The position numbers and the translations under genes are program-made. Below, in pieces: positions 1 to 10,054 of a DNA stretch of 64,000 nt. Source of the DNA: Oligoflexia bacterium (GTDB lineage: Bacteria > Bdellovibrionota > UBA1018); contig CAVWVI010000004.1 of the NCBI GenBank assembly GCA_963758495.1, positions 608,001 through 672,000 on the forward strand, read 5' to 3'. The number at the start of each line of letters is the position of its first letter. Position 1 is the stretch's first letter. Under the pieces are notes generated by a model that saw nothing but the letters and a program-made list of their open reading frames with translations, did no database searches and was not told where the DNA came from.

Positions 1-196
1 TCTTAACTCGCTTGTCATTGGAAGCAATTTTTTTCAAAATGACTACCGTACCATCCTTCGAGCAGTTATCAATAAATATATGCTCGTAGTCATACTGTGG
101 CAATCTATCAAAGATCTGTTTCACCGCTTGTGAAAGCGCATCAACGTTCTCTTCTTCATTAAAGCATGCAGTAACAATACTAATTAATTTTTTCAC
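1..196 (-). CDS. Glycosyltransferase family 2 (polyprenol-phosphate glycosyltransferase-like), runs off the window edge
   Basis: Manual translation from GTG at 196: MKKLISIVTACFNEEENVDAL...EHIFIDNCSKDGT, a typical GT2 N-terminus; starts 2 bp after the stop of the AroB-like gene. Confidence 0.85.
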   Translation of the reverse strand, partial: MKKLISIVTACFNEEENVDALSQAVKQIFDRLPQYDYEHIFIDNCSKDGTVVILKKIASNDKRVK

Positions 197-198
197 TT

Positions 199-1257
199 TT
201 AGATCTCAGTTAAGAATTCTTTTAAAAGAGGGGTAATTTGTGTATCTAAATCCAATGGTACTTTCTCCATCTTACCGGCTCCTCTGGTGAGAATACAATT
301 CACCTTACCTGCTGTATTCTTCTTATCTGTCTTCATTGCACTTAAAATATGATCAAAATTAGCTTGAATCAGCATTTTATCAAACGGCCTATAATAGTCT
401 AGGATCCAACTGTGAAGTTCAGAATGACTTCCCGATGAAATCATATCTAATTTCTCAGAAAAATAGGTAGCTGTAGCTACACCTAATAGTACTGCAATAC
501 CATGAGGAATTGCATAACGGGTCGCCGATTCGTAAGCATGGCCAAAAGTATGACCATAGTTTAATAGGTTTCTAGGGCCGCTATCAAATTCATCTTTTTC
601 AATATATTCTTTTTTTATTTGTAGAGACCGCATCACAAGGCTTTCAAGCGTTGAAGGATCTTTCTCAATGAGGCTGAGACTTTGTCGGATGTTCGTCACA
701 TCGGTCTCACCGGCGATTAACGCAAGTTTAATCATTTCTCCAATTCCTGATCGAATTTCATCTTGAGGAAGTGTTTTTAGGACTGAAAAGCAGATTGCCA
801 CACGCTGAGGTGGATAAAAGGTACCCAATTGATTTTTAAAGTCACCAATATTGATTGAACTTTTACTTCCAATGCAACTATCACATTGTGCTAATAGAGT
901 GGTTGGAATCAAATCCCATTTAATTCCTCTAAATAGAATCGAAGCAATAAAACAGCCAATATCTTGAACGACTCCACCACCAATAACTATAAGTCTTGAA
1001 TCCTTTTTAATTCCAAGTTCAATCAACTTTAAAAAAATAGGATGAATTTGTTCATAAGTTTTTTGTTTTTCGGTTGCAGGAATAGTAATAAGCGGGCTTG
1101 ATTCTAAAACTTTTTTAAGTGCAGCTGGATATAACTTGGGTAATAACTCATCTATCAAGAAAAAAATATTTGAACCTGCCAGTTTTTGTAACGCTTGTTC
1201 TAGGCTGTCTACTGCGAAAACTTCATAAGAATGAGAATGACTTTGAATTTTTATCAT
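199..1257 (-). CDS. 3-dehydroquinate synthase-like sugar-phosphate cyclase (AroB-related)
   Basis: IGGGVVQDIGCF, PTTLLAQCDSCIGSK, KNQLGTFYPP, LNYGHTFGHA and HG motifs; lies in a glycan operon, not a shikimate operon. Confidence 0.85.
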   Translation of the reverse strand: MIKIQSHSHSYEVFAVDSLEQALQKLAGSNIFFLIDELLPKLYPAALKKVLESSPLITIPATEKQKTYEQIHPIFLKLIELGIKKDSRLIVIGGGVVQDIGCFIASILFRGIKWDLIPTTLLAQCDSCIGSKSSINIGDFKNQLGTFYPPQRVAICFSVLKTLPQDEIRSGIGEMIKLALIAGETDVTNIRQSLSLIEKDPSTLESLVMRSLQIKKEYIEKDEFDSGPRNLLNYGHTFGHAYESATRYAIPHGIAVLLGVATATYFSEKLDMISSGSHSELHSWILDYYRPFDKMLIQANFDHILSAMKTDKKNTAGKVNCILTRGAGKMEKVPLDLDTQITPLLKEFLTEI

Positions 1258-1278
1258 AAAATCTGCTCCAAACTAGAA

Positions 1279-1977
1279 TTACTGACATGTAAAACCACCA
1301 TCAACAATAATGGTCTGTCCAGTTAAATATGAATTCATATCTGAGCAGAGCATGACGACAGATCTAGCCAGCTCTTCTGGAGTAGCCATACGTCGAAGTG
1401 GAATATTTTCCTGAATACGAAGAATTTCTTCTTGAGAATTATTTTTGCGTGTCAAATCAGTATCGACATAACCTGGACAAATCGAGTTCACAAGAATTCC
1501 GTTTGGTCCCAGTTCCACCGCAGCAGTTCTCGTCAACCCATTTAATCCAGATTTGGTGGCAGAATAGGCTCCACGGCCATTACGTGTAACGATCCCAAAT
1601 ATACTACTGATATTGACGATGCGCCCCCAGCCCCGAGCCTTCATGGTTTTTGTAAGTCCTTGAATGAGCTGCAAAGGAGAGGTCAAATTCACCTGAACCA
1701 TTTCCTGCCAATCCGACGATTCAATCATTTCGATGGGATTAACAACATTGATGCCGGCATTATTGACGAGGATATCAATTCCAAGATCTTGATTCTGATT
1801 AATAAATTCTTGAACAGAATCAGGTGAACTTAAATCTAAATCTTCACGGGAGGGGGCTAGCACTTGAATGCCACTTTCTTGAAAAAGCGCAACAAAGGCC
1901 GCCCCCAAACCACGAGAACCTCCTGTGACCAAAGCAATGTGATCTCTAGGAGATTTAAATAAACATTCTAATGTCAT
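1279..1977 (-). CDS. SDR family NAD(P)-dependent oxidoreductase
   Basis: TGGSRGLG, NNAG, YSATK, VDGG motifs. Confidence 0.9.
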   Translation of the reverse strand: MTLECLFKSPRDHIALVTGGSRGLGAAFVALFQESGIQVLAPSREDLDLSSPDSVQEFINQNQDLGIDILVNNAGINVVNPIEMIESSDWQEMVQVNLTSPLQLIQGLTKTMKARGWGRIVNISSIFGIVTRNGRGAYSATKSGLNGLTRTAAVELGPNGILVNSICPGYVDTDLTRKNNSQEEILRIQENIPLRRMATPEELARSVVMLCSDMNSYLTGQTIIVDGGFTCQ

Positions 1978-1982
1978 TGCTC

Positions 1983-2795
1983 TTAGCGCTGTTTAGCGTG
2001 CATAACTTCAATCGATTTATTATATCGCTCTTCCATCATAACTAGACGTGCATCATCTTCACGATGAATAATACCATAGTAATTTTTTTTATTTTTAAGC
2101 CAAGCAATCTCAAATTCTACAGCTTTCAAGAACGCATCTTCTTTATTATCAAGTGCTCCTGGGCAACCAAAAACCACTTTACGTGTCTCATATCGATCAA
2201 GATGGCCAGCTGGAAAATCTTTAAAAAATGCCATGGAATGGACAGAAACAGCTCCGCCTACAACCACTTTTTTACCTTTGGCCTTTGCCTTGGAAGCCAT
2301 TTTTAGGCAAATATCTAAAACTTCTTTGCTGTTGACGGAATTACGATCCAAATTCATAGAGCCTGTCAAATCAACGCGACCTAATACGATGCCATCCAGT
2401 AAATCAATCTCTGGAATTGCCAACATTTGATCGAAATTTTGACAAGCAGTAATGGTTTCAAGATTGATGAAAAACTCCATGTCTTTACGACGTTCTTCAT
2501 CATAAGCAATCTTCACAGCTTGAAGATACTTTTTTAATGCATAAGGAGTTTCTACCATGGGTCCTACAAGGTGAGATGTTCCTAAGCTTCCAGCATCAAA
2601 CATGTCCTTGATGGCTTCACATCCACCAATTTTGGTTGTAAGTCCTAATCCTGCAGCCATGCTGATTTCTTTCAATCTCATGGCTTCTTCTATGCGAGTC
2701 CCTTCTGCTTCGAACTCCATTTTCACACCAGTAACGCTGTATTTTTCTTTGAGTTCCTTTAAAAGGGATACCATCTTTTTTTCAGTAAAATTCAT
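1983..2795 (-). CDS. HpcH/HpaI aldolase / citrate lyase family protein
   Basis: KMEFEAEG, KIGGCEA, PMVET, INLET, GRVDLTGS motifs. Confidence 0.75.
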   Translation of the reverse strand: MNFTEKKMVSLLKELKEKYSVTGVKMEFEAEGTRIEEAMRLKEISMAAGLGLTTKIGGCEAIKDMFDAGSLGTSHLVGPMVETPYALKKYLQAVKIAYDEERRKDMEFFINLETITACQNFDQMLAIPEIDLLDGIVLGRVDLTGSMNLDRNSVNSKEVLDICLKMASKAKAKGKKVVVGGAVSVHSMAFFKDFPAGHLDRYETRKVVFGCPGALDNKEDAFLKAVEFEIAWLKNKKNYYGIIHREDDARLVMMEERYNKSIEVMHAKQR

Positions 2796-2807
2796 ATTTT
2801 CCTCTCT

Positions 2808-4667
2808 TTAATCCGTGATTAAAGGGATTAACATGTTTTGTTTAAATTCTTCTCTCGGCAAAAATGGGTATAAATCTTCTAAAGGCGAAGAGATCATTCT
2901 GCCGTCTTCTAGTTTCCTAGATGAAAGTTTTGGCGCAAATTGTTGTTTCAAGTCAAGGATTATCTCACAGATCTGTGGGCCTGGCGAATTTATTGTTTCC
3001 ACAATCAACCGACTCAAATCAGAATGTTTTTCAATTTTTCTAAAAGGGATTCCATAGGCAAATGCAAGTTTACTAAAGTCAGGGAAACCCAAACCACTCT
3101 CGTTGCCACAACCCACGATATTATCAGGAAAGTAATTGTGTTGGGTTTGGCGAATCGAATGATATCCCGTGTTATTCAGAATAAAGATTTTTGCAGGTAT
3201 TTGATGGGTCACAATAGTCTGAAGCTCTTGGATATTCATTTGAATACTGCCGTCTCCAGCAAGGCAAATAATACGATCTAATTTTCCATGAACTCGGATT
3301 GCCCCAAAGTAGGCACCTATAACTGCTGGCAAATCATATCCCATAGATGCGCAGCCCGAGTTTGTGTAAAGACGCTGACCTTTTTTGATTTGTGCAGCTT
3401 GAAATGTCACCACACAGGCAGTTCCATCACCCGTCACAATGGTCTCATTTTCTTGTAGCTCTCTAAAAAGAGCATCTACAAAGCAATAGGGATTTACTGT
3501 ATTTTCTAAGTCCCAATACTCTTTTAATACTACAGGGTATCGCTCTCGTCGTTCAATGCACCATGCTAACCAATTTTTCTGTTCTGACGTTGGACCATTA
3601 TAATCAAGCAAAGTGAGCTCTCTGATGATATCCGCTACATTTGCATGAACTGCCATATCCGGGTGGAGGGTGGGTTTTTTTAACTCTGACTCATCTATAT
3701 CTACAATGACCTGATAAGCGGCACGAGCGAAAGACCTCCAATTATAACTCACCTGGCGAATATTGAGTCGAGATCCTAATACAAGTAGAAAGTCAGAGTT
3801 TTGGACGGCAAAATTTCCTGCTCGATCCCCTATTGTTCCAGGTCTACCTACATAAAGTGGGTGAGAGTTCCAAATTAAATCATGCGAGTTCCAAGCGGTT
3901 GTCACTGGAATTCCTAATTTCTCCGTAAGTCGAATAAACTCTCGATGAGAACCACTCAATCGAATACCTGAACCTGCTAAAATAACAGGGCGTTGAGCTT
4001 GTTTCATGCGTGCAAGGATTTCATTTGCAGCTTTACGGACGTCTGTTTTTGGAATATCCATCTGAGGCGTTTGAATCAAGTCTACTTTTGGATCAAATCC
4101 TTTGAGAGATTCTGGATCTATTAACGCACTTTGAACATTGATCGGAATATCTAGCCAACACGGCCCTGGTCTTCCGGTTGCAGCCAAGTAGAGAGAACGC
4201 TCTAAGTGGTATCGAATCGTTAAGGGATCGGTTACGATTTCAGCGTACTTGGTGATAGGTTTAACGATGGAAATAATATCTACTTCTTGATCACCTAGTT
4301 GGCGAAGTGGAAGTTGAGTACTTCGAACGAGTGTCTCCCACTTCACTTGACCCGAAACAACGATCATTGGTATAGAATCAACGTAAGCGCCATATACACC
4401 CGTAATTGCATTGGTTCCACCGGGTCCAGTGGTTACATTCACGACAGCGGCTTTCCCTGAAAGTCTTGCATAACTTTCAGCTGCCATAGCACAAGCCTGT
4501 TCGTGATGACAACAAACCCATTCAAGACCTTCGCACCGACCGATTGCATCATTAAGATGCATTGCTCCGCCACCCGTAACTAAGAAAGCTTTATTGATTC
4601 CGTGGTGAACCAGCTTTTGTGCAATATAGTCTGCAACTCTTATTTTTTTTTCTGAAGTAGTATTCAT
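2808..4667 (-). CDS. Thiamine pyrophosphate-dependent carboligase (acetolactate synthase-like, YerE-like)
   Basis: HHEQACAMAAESYAR, TTGPGGTNA, GDGS...NN TPP-binding motif; polysaccharide-cluster subtype (VTGGGAMHLND). Confidence 0.85.
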   Translation of the reverse strand: MNTTSEKKIRVADYIAQKLVHHGINKAFLVTGGGAMHLNDAIGRCEGLEWVCCHHEQACAMAAESYARLSGKAAVVNVTTGPGGTNAITGVYGAYVDSIPMIVVSGQVKWETLVRSTQLPLRQLGDQEVDIISIVKPITKYAEIVTDPLTIRYHLERSLYLAATGRPGPCWLDIPINVQSALIDPESLKGFDPKVDLIQTPQMDIPKTDVRKAANEILARMKQAQRPVILAGSGIRLSGSHREFIRLTEKLGIPVTTAWNSHDLIWNSHPLYVGRPGTIGDRAGNFAVQNSDFLLVLGSRLNIRQVSYNWRSFARAAYQVIVDIDESELKKPTLHPDMAVHANVADIIRELTLLDYNGPTSEQKNWLAWCIERRERYPVVLKEYWDLENTVNPYCFVDALFRELQENETIVTGDGTACVVTFQAAQIKKGQRLYTNSGCASMGYDLPAVIGAYFGAIRVHGKLDRIICLAGDGSIQMNIQELQTIVTHQIPAKIFILNNTGYHSIRQTQHNYFPDNIVGCGNESGLGFPDFSKLAFAYGIPFRKIEKHSDLSRLIVETINSPGPQICEIILDLKQQFAPKLSSRKLEDGRMISSPLEDLYPFLPREEFKQNMLIPLITD

Positions 4668-4686
4668 TTCAATTTCCCTGTCTACC

Positions 4687-5740
4687 TTAAGTGATTTTAT
4701 CCCGATGCCATTCTGCAGTTCGAAGAATAGACTCTTGAAGACTAAAGTTCTGTTTTAAACCTAATTCTACCTGCGCACGTTGAGTAGAGGGAACATAACG
4801 CTCAGGGGGCTGGTTATTTGAATCTTTTGCTACTTCTATTTTTAATCCTGGAAAAATCACATCAACTACTTGATGAGCAAGCTCATTAATAGAAATATGA
4901 ACTTCGGAACCCACATTATAAGATCTACAAGATGTTCCTCTCATTAAAATCACCCATAACCAAACGACGAGATCGGCTCCGTAGAGATAAGACCGAAAAG
5001 GGGTACCATCACCGCCAATACGGATCGAACGTCCAATCAAAGCGTCACGGATAAAATTACCAATTGCAAAATGCGTATTTAACGGCAAATAAGGCCCTAC
5101 AAAAGCAAAACAACGCGCAATAGGGATTTCAATACCCCATCGATCAGCATAAACTGCGCAAAGATACTCAGCCACTCTTTTTCCCTCACCATATGCTGAC
5201 TTCAATAACATTAGATCAGGACTACCTCGGTAGTCTTCAGAAATATGAGTTACTTCTGGAGGTTGCTGACCATAAACAGCACCCGAACTAATTAAAAGAA
5301 AGCGAGGAATATTACAATGAACCGCAAAATCAAGAGCTCGTCGAGTTCCTTCACTAATGGTGTCAAACATGAATAACGGACTCTCTGCATTGAGTTGAGC
5401 ACTTGCTTCAGTCGCAGCATGGATCATGTGAGTAAATCGCTGTTTCGAAAATTCAAAGCTACGAATATCCCCCTGTTGGAAATTAAGAAAGGAAAGGTTT
5501 GCTAAATGAGGATATTTTTGAATAAATACAGATGGGTCTCGCGTAAGAACAGTCACGCTAAAGCCTATTTTAAATTCATCCCGAATCCAGGCAAGGCTTT
5601 CCAAAAAGCAAACACCCAAAAAACCCTGTTCCACCAGTAATAAAAATATTTGCACCTTCAAAATAAGAAAGTGAATTCAAAAGAATGAAATGATTACTGA
5701 AGGCGCTCGTAAAGTCTTGAAAAAGCAGATTTGAGTTCAT
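4687..5740 (-). CDS. NAD-dependent epimerase/dehydratase; +1 frameshift near 5605
   Basis: ATG at 5740 reads MNSNLLF...IFITGGTGFFGCLL; removing one A from the A5 run at 5603-5607 joins it to LESLAW...; YGEGK catalytic motif and ARCFAFVGP. Confidence 0.8.
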
Positions 5741-6009
5741 GAATGATTCTTGGAAAAAGCTTAGCCGAGAACGTTTGCCTCTGCAACTTTTAAAATTCTA
5801 TTTTTATTTGCAAAACAAGTCACTTCTTTGCTGACTTTAAATTGCCTGAAAGCATTTTGAACAATTTTATAATATTTTTGATTTAACGAACTGTTTAACA
5901 CAGACTGATCAAGTCAAGCTCAGTTATCTATTCAAATAAATCAATAAGCCAGGATTTAAAAAGTTAACATTTTGCTATCTTGAAAAATTTATTCTGGTAA
6001 CTTTTCGAC

Positions 6010-7266
6010 ATGGAAAAACAATCGAGCTTTTCGATTAAAAAGATCAAAATTAACCAGGAAGAAAAAGTGTGGTTGATTTGTTTGATTAATTTGATCGGCT
6101 TTATGGCAGCCATCGTTTTTTGTTATGTGCAATATTTTTACTTTGGAAAAGGCTATCCTCACAATACTTTTTTATTTCTTCCTAGCGATCATTTTAATGA
6201 TTTTTTTAATATTATGAGACCTATCCAAGATGGTAACCCTCTCAGCTCTTCCCTCAGCGTTTACTTTCCCCTTACATATACTTTACTCAGACCATTCAAG
6301 TCTTGGGATCCTACTGTCTTTTTTTACTGTGCCTACTCTTTTGCATTTCTATATATTGTATTTTTTAGCTGGAAAACTTTATCATTCATTCCAAAAATAC
6401 AGCGGACGCTAGCAAGTATCTTAATGACTGGAGTTTGCTACCCAATTCTTTTTTGTCTAGATCGAGGAAACTTAGATCTTTTTGTTTTCATTTTTTCAAT
6501 TCTTTTTGTCCGACATTGGATAAAATCCAATATGAAACTAAGTGCAGTTTATCTTTCAATTGCAATTTCAATGAAATTATATCCTGGAATTCTTGGGGTC
6601 CTTTATCTGACCAAGCGCCAATTTAAAGCAGCGTTCTTGACATTTTTCCTGGTTGTAATTGAAACTTTGAGTTCAGCTGCCATTTTACCAGGTGGTATTT
6701 TAGGGTCGCTTAGATTACTGACAAATAATTTAAGATCTTTCACAAATAACTATGTATATTCTTGGAGCGGGACAGAACACAATTCAACCTACTATGGTAC
6801 ATTCAAAATTCTTGCAGGCTACTATTCGCCTAAACTACTGCATAATATGAATCAAATTGTATTAATATTTTCAGTTCTAGCTCTGATAATTACTGCACTA
6901 ATGATTGCATACTTAATATTCCGTGAGCACGTATTGTGGAAACAACTGACTTTTTTAACGTTTTCTCTTATTTTACTCCCTCATGTTTCATTTGATTATA
7001 AACTCATTTTTGTTTTGCTTCCTGCTCTTTTATTTATGACCTCTACAGAATTGAGTCGATTTGATCCTATTTATGCTATTTTATTTGGTCTGCTTTTAAT
7101 CCCTAAGCCCTTCTGGTTTTCCTTGAATAACGAAGGGTCTAATGCAACCACTTTAAGTTCAATACTCAATCCAGTTTTAATGACAGCACTTATTTTCACG
7201 ATATTATTTGACTGCACAAAAAAGCCAGAAGCACTAACTCAGACTATCCATTCATCTACTTTTTGA
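6010..7266 (+). CDS. GT87/DUF2029-like multi-pass membrane glycosyltransferase (GT-C)
   Basis: About 10 hydrophobic segments; DF...VYFP, DRGNLD, SMKLYP motifs. Confidence 0.7.
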   Translation: MEKQSSFSIKKIKINQEEKVWLICLINLIGFMAAIVFCYVQYFYFGKGYPHNTFLFLPSDHFNDFFNIMRPIQDGNPLSSSLSVYFPLTYTLLRPFKSWDPTVFFYCAYSFAFLYIVFFSWKTLSFIPKIQRTLASILMTGVCYPILFCLDRGNLDLFVFIFSILFVRHWIKSNMKLSAVYLSIAISMKLYPGILGVLYLTKRQFKAAFLTFFLVVIETLSSAAILPGGILGSLRLLTNNLRSFTNNYVYSWSGTEHNSTYYGTFKILAGYYSPKLLHNMNQIVLIFSVLALIITALMIAYLIFREHVLWKQLTFLTFSLILLPHVSFDYKLIFVLLPALLFMTSTELSRFDPIYAILFGLLLIPKPFWFSLNNEGSNATTLSSILNPVLMTALIFTILFDCTKKPEALTQTIHSSTF

Positions 7267-7272
7267 ACAAAA

Positions 7273-7971
7273 TCATTCGCTAAAACGAAGCCTTATTATC
7301 GTACAAAGATAAGTCAATACGAAAACCAGTAAGTTTCGTTTCGTTTCCCCAAACATTCTTTTTTTGAAAGTGAAAGGCACTTCAACATAACGAAGGCCAG
7401 GGTTCTTCTTTACTAACTTAAACAATATTTCTTCAATAATATCAAAATTTTTGCACTTCAATTCAAGATCTCGTAAGTAGGAAGCACGATACAATTTAAA
7501 ACTATTAGATATATCCTTCATTCGCAAATTTAGAATCCAACCATAAGTCCAGTTTAGAACCTGGCTCATCATTCTTAGTAATAAGGTATTTTCAGTAAAC
7601 CCACCGTCTATATAGCGAGAGGCAATTACTAAATCAAACTCTGCCTTTTTTTCAAGAAGATGAGGGATAAACTCTGGAAAATGAGATCCATCAGCGTCCA
7701 TAAATAAAATCCATTCACCTTGAGCACGGCTAATTCCAGTCCTTACTGCATCACCAAAGTCGTTATTGGGTATACGGTTCAAATATCGCACGCGATTTAT
7801 TTTGCAAGCATCTTGAGTAGCGTCTAAAGGTCTAGTTGTATCAACTACAAGGATCTCGGATTTAAAATGAAACTGTTCTAAAACATGAGTAAGTCTCGGT
7901 AACAATAATCGAAGATTTTCCTCTTCCATATAAGAAGGCAAAATAACGCTCAAATGTACTGAATTAGACAT
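7273..7971 (-). CDS. GT2, dolichol/polyprenol-phosphate glycosyltransferase-like
   Basis: SVILPSYMEEENL, FMDADGSH, IASRY, DISNSFKLYR, RMFGETK. Confidence 0.85.
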   Translation of the reverse strand: MSNSVHLSVILPSYMEEENLRLLLPRLTHVLEQFHFKSEILVVDTTRPLDATQDACKINRVRYLNRIPNNDFGDAVRTGISRAQGEWILFMDADGSHFPEFIPHLLEKKAEFDLVIASRYIDGGFTENTLLLRMMSQVLNWTYGWILNLRMKDISNSFKLYRASYLRDLELKCKNFDIIEEILFKLVKKNPGLRYVEVPFTFKKRMFGETKRNLLVFVLTYLCTIIRLRFSE

Positions 7972-8986
7972 ATGTCTCCACCCATTGGATCATATTCTTA
8001 AGCCCTGTTACTGTATCTAAGTTGGGTTTCCATCCGAAATCTTCTTTTGCTTTACGAATATCAGCAATAAAAACTTTTTGATCACTCTGCCGCCACGGCT
8101 TAGCTTCATATTTGAGCTGAATGTCTAATTCTTTTTCAAGTAACTCAAAAAGCTCAAGCAATGACAAACTGTTCTGAGAACCTCCACCAATATTATAAGC
8201 ACTCCCAGCCGTAATCTTGATATTCGCCACCGCGTTAAAATAGCAGTTTAATAAATCATCAACAAACAGTACATCACGAACCTGTTTCCCATTACCACAA
8301 ATGGTAAAAGGAGTTCTCAACTGACCTCTTGAGGTTTCAATCGCTTTTTGTACAAACCATCCAATCCAACCCTGATCCTCTGTACTGAATTGTCGGCCAC
8401 CAAAAATTGAGGAATGCCGAAAAACCACTGTTTTCAAACCAAAAATACGAGAATAATCCAACATGTACTGGTCAGTAGCCCCTTTTGAACATCCATAAGG
8501 ACTACGAAAGTCCAACTTAACATTTTCACAAAATCCGTGCTCATAACCTTTTGCAATATAACGTGTGGGAGCCTCGTGGTATTCGACGTATTCGAGATCC
8601 CCATACACTTTATTAGTAGACGAGTAAACTATGATCGAACCGGGCGAGTATTTTCGGACCGCCTCAAGCAAATGAATTCCACCCAACACATTAGTATCAA
8701 AATCCAATCGAGGATTTTCAATAGAAGTGGTCATGGCAACCTGTCCCACCAAATGATAGATGACATCAGGACGGATATCCGCAATCACCTTCTCCACTTG
8801 TTCGTTTGATCGAATATCTAAATTATAAAACAAAAACTCACCCTGACTCTTTAACCATTTAAGATTTTCTTCGCTTCCTTTACGATAAAGGTTGTCAAAT
8901 ACTGAAAGAGAGTCTCCATTTTTCAAAATTTTACTAGAAAGATTAGACCCAAGAAATCCACACCCGCCCGTAACTAAATATTTCAT
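7964..8986 (-). CDS. rfbE: CDP-paratose 2-epimerase (CDP-tyvelose epimerase)
   Basis: TGGCGFLGSN, GQVAMTTS, SSTNKVYGDL, SPYGCSKG, RQFSTEDQGWIGWF, GNGKQVRDVL. Confidence 0.85.
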   Translation of the reverse strand: MKYLVTGGCGFLGSNLSSKILKNGDSLSVFDNLYRKGSEENLKWLKSQGEFLFYNLDIRSNEQVEKVIADIRPDVIYHLVGQVAMTTSIENPRLDFDTNVLGGIHLLEAVRKYSPGSIIVYSSTNKVYGDLEYVEYHEAPTRYIAKGYEHGFCENVKLDFRSPYGCSKGATDQYMLDYSRIFGLKTVVFRHSSIFGGRQFSTEDQGWIGWFVQKAIETSRGQLRTPFTICGNGKQVRDVLFVDDLLNCYFNAVANIKITAGSAYNIGGGSQNSLSLLELFELLEKELDIQLKYEAKPWRQSDQKVFIADIRKAKEDFGWKPNLDTVTGLKNMIQWVETYV

Positions 8987-8989
8987 TGT

Positions 8990-9865
8990 TTAAATCGCCC
9001 TTTCATTATGAATCACATTCGAAAGCCCGTCTTCCAATAATACGACAGGCTTCCATCCTATATCGACCAATGCCGACGTATCGATCTTTGACTCCATAAC
9101 TTCATGACTTCGATAGGGCAATGCTCCAAAATTCAGATGGGTCTTTCTGTTCCCAGTTAAATTTTTCAATAGTTCTACAAGTTTTCTGAGCTCGATTGTC
9201 CGATTACTTCCGATCTGAAAATTATAGAATCCTCGCTTAGCATTCAAACTAAAATCAATCGCGGCAACAAAGGCATTCACCACATCATCAACGAAGGTAA
9301 AGTCGCGCTTCTGCTTACCCTCAGTCAGATCAATTTGTTCCACTTCCTTAATCAGTTCGGAAATTACCCATGTAATAAATTTGGTTCGATCATCGAAGGG
9401 ACCGTAAAAATGATCCATTGTCATGTTAATACAAACTAAATCTTTTGCGAATAGCTTAAACCACTCTCGAAACTGCGCCTTTGAAAGAGAATAATTATTA
9501 ATTTCCTTCTCCAAGATTGTATCGGCATTTACAAAGCATAAAACATTATTCAAAATAGCGTGCTTCATTAACTCTATGGGAAAAATCAAGTTAGTTTCTG
9601 CAACCTGCCATAATGGACAAGATCCTCGGTCGTAACTAGTAGCGCAATGAATAATCAAATGAATCTGATTGTCTTTGAAGATTTTACTTATTGGAACCTC
9701 ATCTACATTGTAAAAGATAGCTTGAGATAAAATATCTGAGACTCGGTTTAAATTTGAAGTTGAACGCTTAGTCGCTACTACTCTAAAGTTTTGAATCAAT
9801 CTCCTCAGAATTGCGCTTCCAAGATACCCGGTAGCACCGGTCAGAAGTAGAGTTCGTTTGTCCAT
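8990..9865 (-). CDS. CDP-paratose/abequose synthase-like 4-ketoreductase
   Basis: TGATGYLG, YSLSK, HFYGPFDD..KF, LTEGKQKRDF, LNFGALPYR; directly upstream of the tyvelose epimerase. Confidence 0.75.
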   Translation of the reverse strand: MDKRTLLLTGATGYLGSAILRRLIQNFRVVATKRSTSNLNRVSDILSQAIFYNVDEVPISKIFKDNQIHLIIHCATSYDRGSCPLWQVAETNLIFPIELMKHAILNNVLCFVNADTILEKEINNYSLSKAQFREWFKLFAKDLVCINMTMDHFYGPFDDRTKFITWVISELIKEVEQIDLTEGKQKRDFTFVDDVVNAFVAAIDFSLNAKRGFYNFQIGSNRTIELRKLVELLKNLTGNRKTHLNFGALPYRSHEVMESKIDTSALVDIGWKPVVLLEDGLSNVIHNERAI

Positions 9866-10054
9866 GTGAAATCAAAGATACTCAGATTTCATAAAAAGAA
9901 AAGATTCTTCAGCACGTAAAGAAAACTAAAGATACTTTAAAGTCTCAAAACAATATTTAAGACTACTAAAACTTTACTGAGTTGACACAAAAATTAAAAC
10001 TCATATCTTTTTCCTTGCTTCACCCTTGAGTTTTATGATGCATTAACGACAAAT

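Noticed and set aside
199..1257. Calling this housekeeping aroB
   Set aside because: No aroK or other shikimate genes nearby; it is embedded in a sugar operon and has variant motifs (QDIGCF, QCDSCIGSK)
2808..4667. Calling this ilvB/ilvI
   Set aside because: No regulatory subunit or ilvC adjacent; context is nucleotide-sugar biosynthesis
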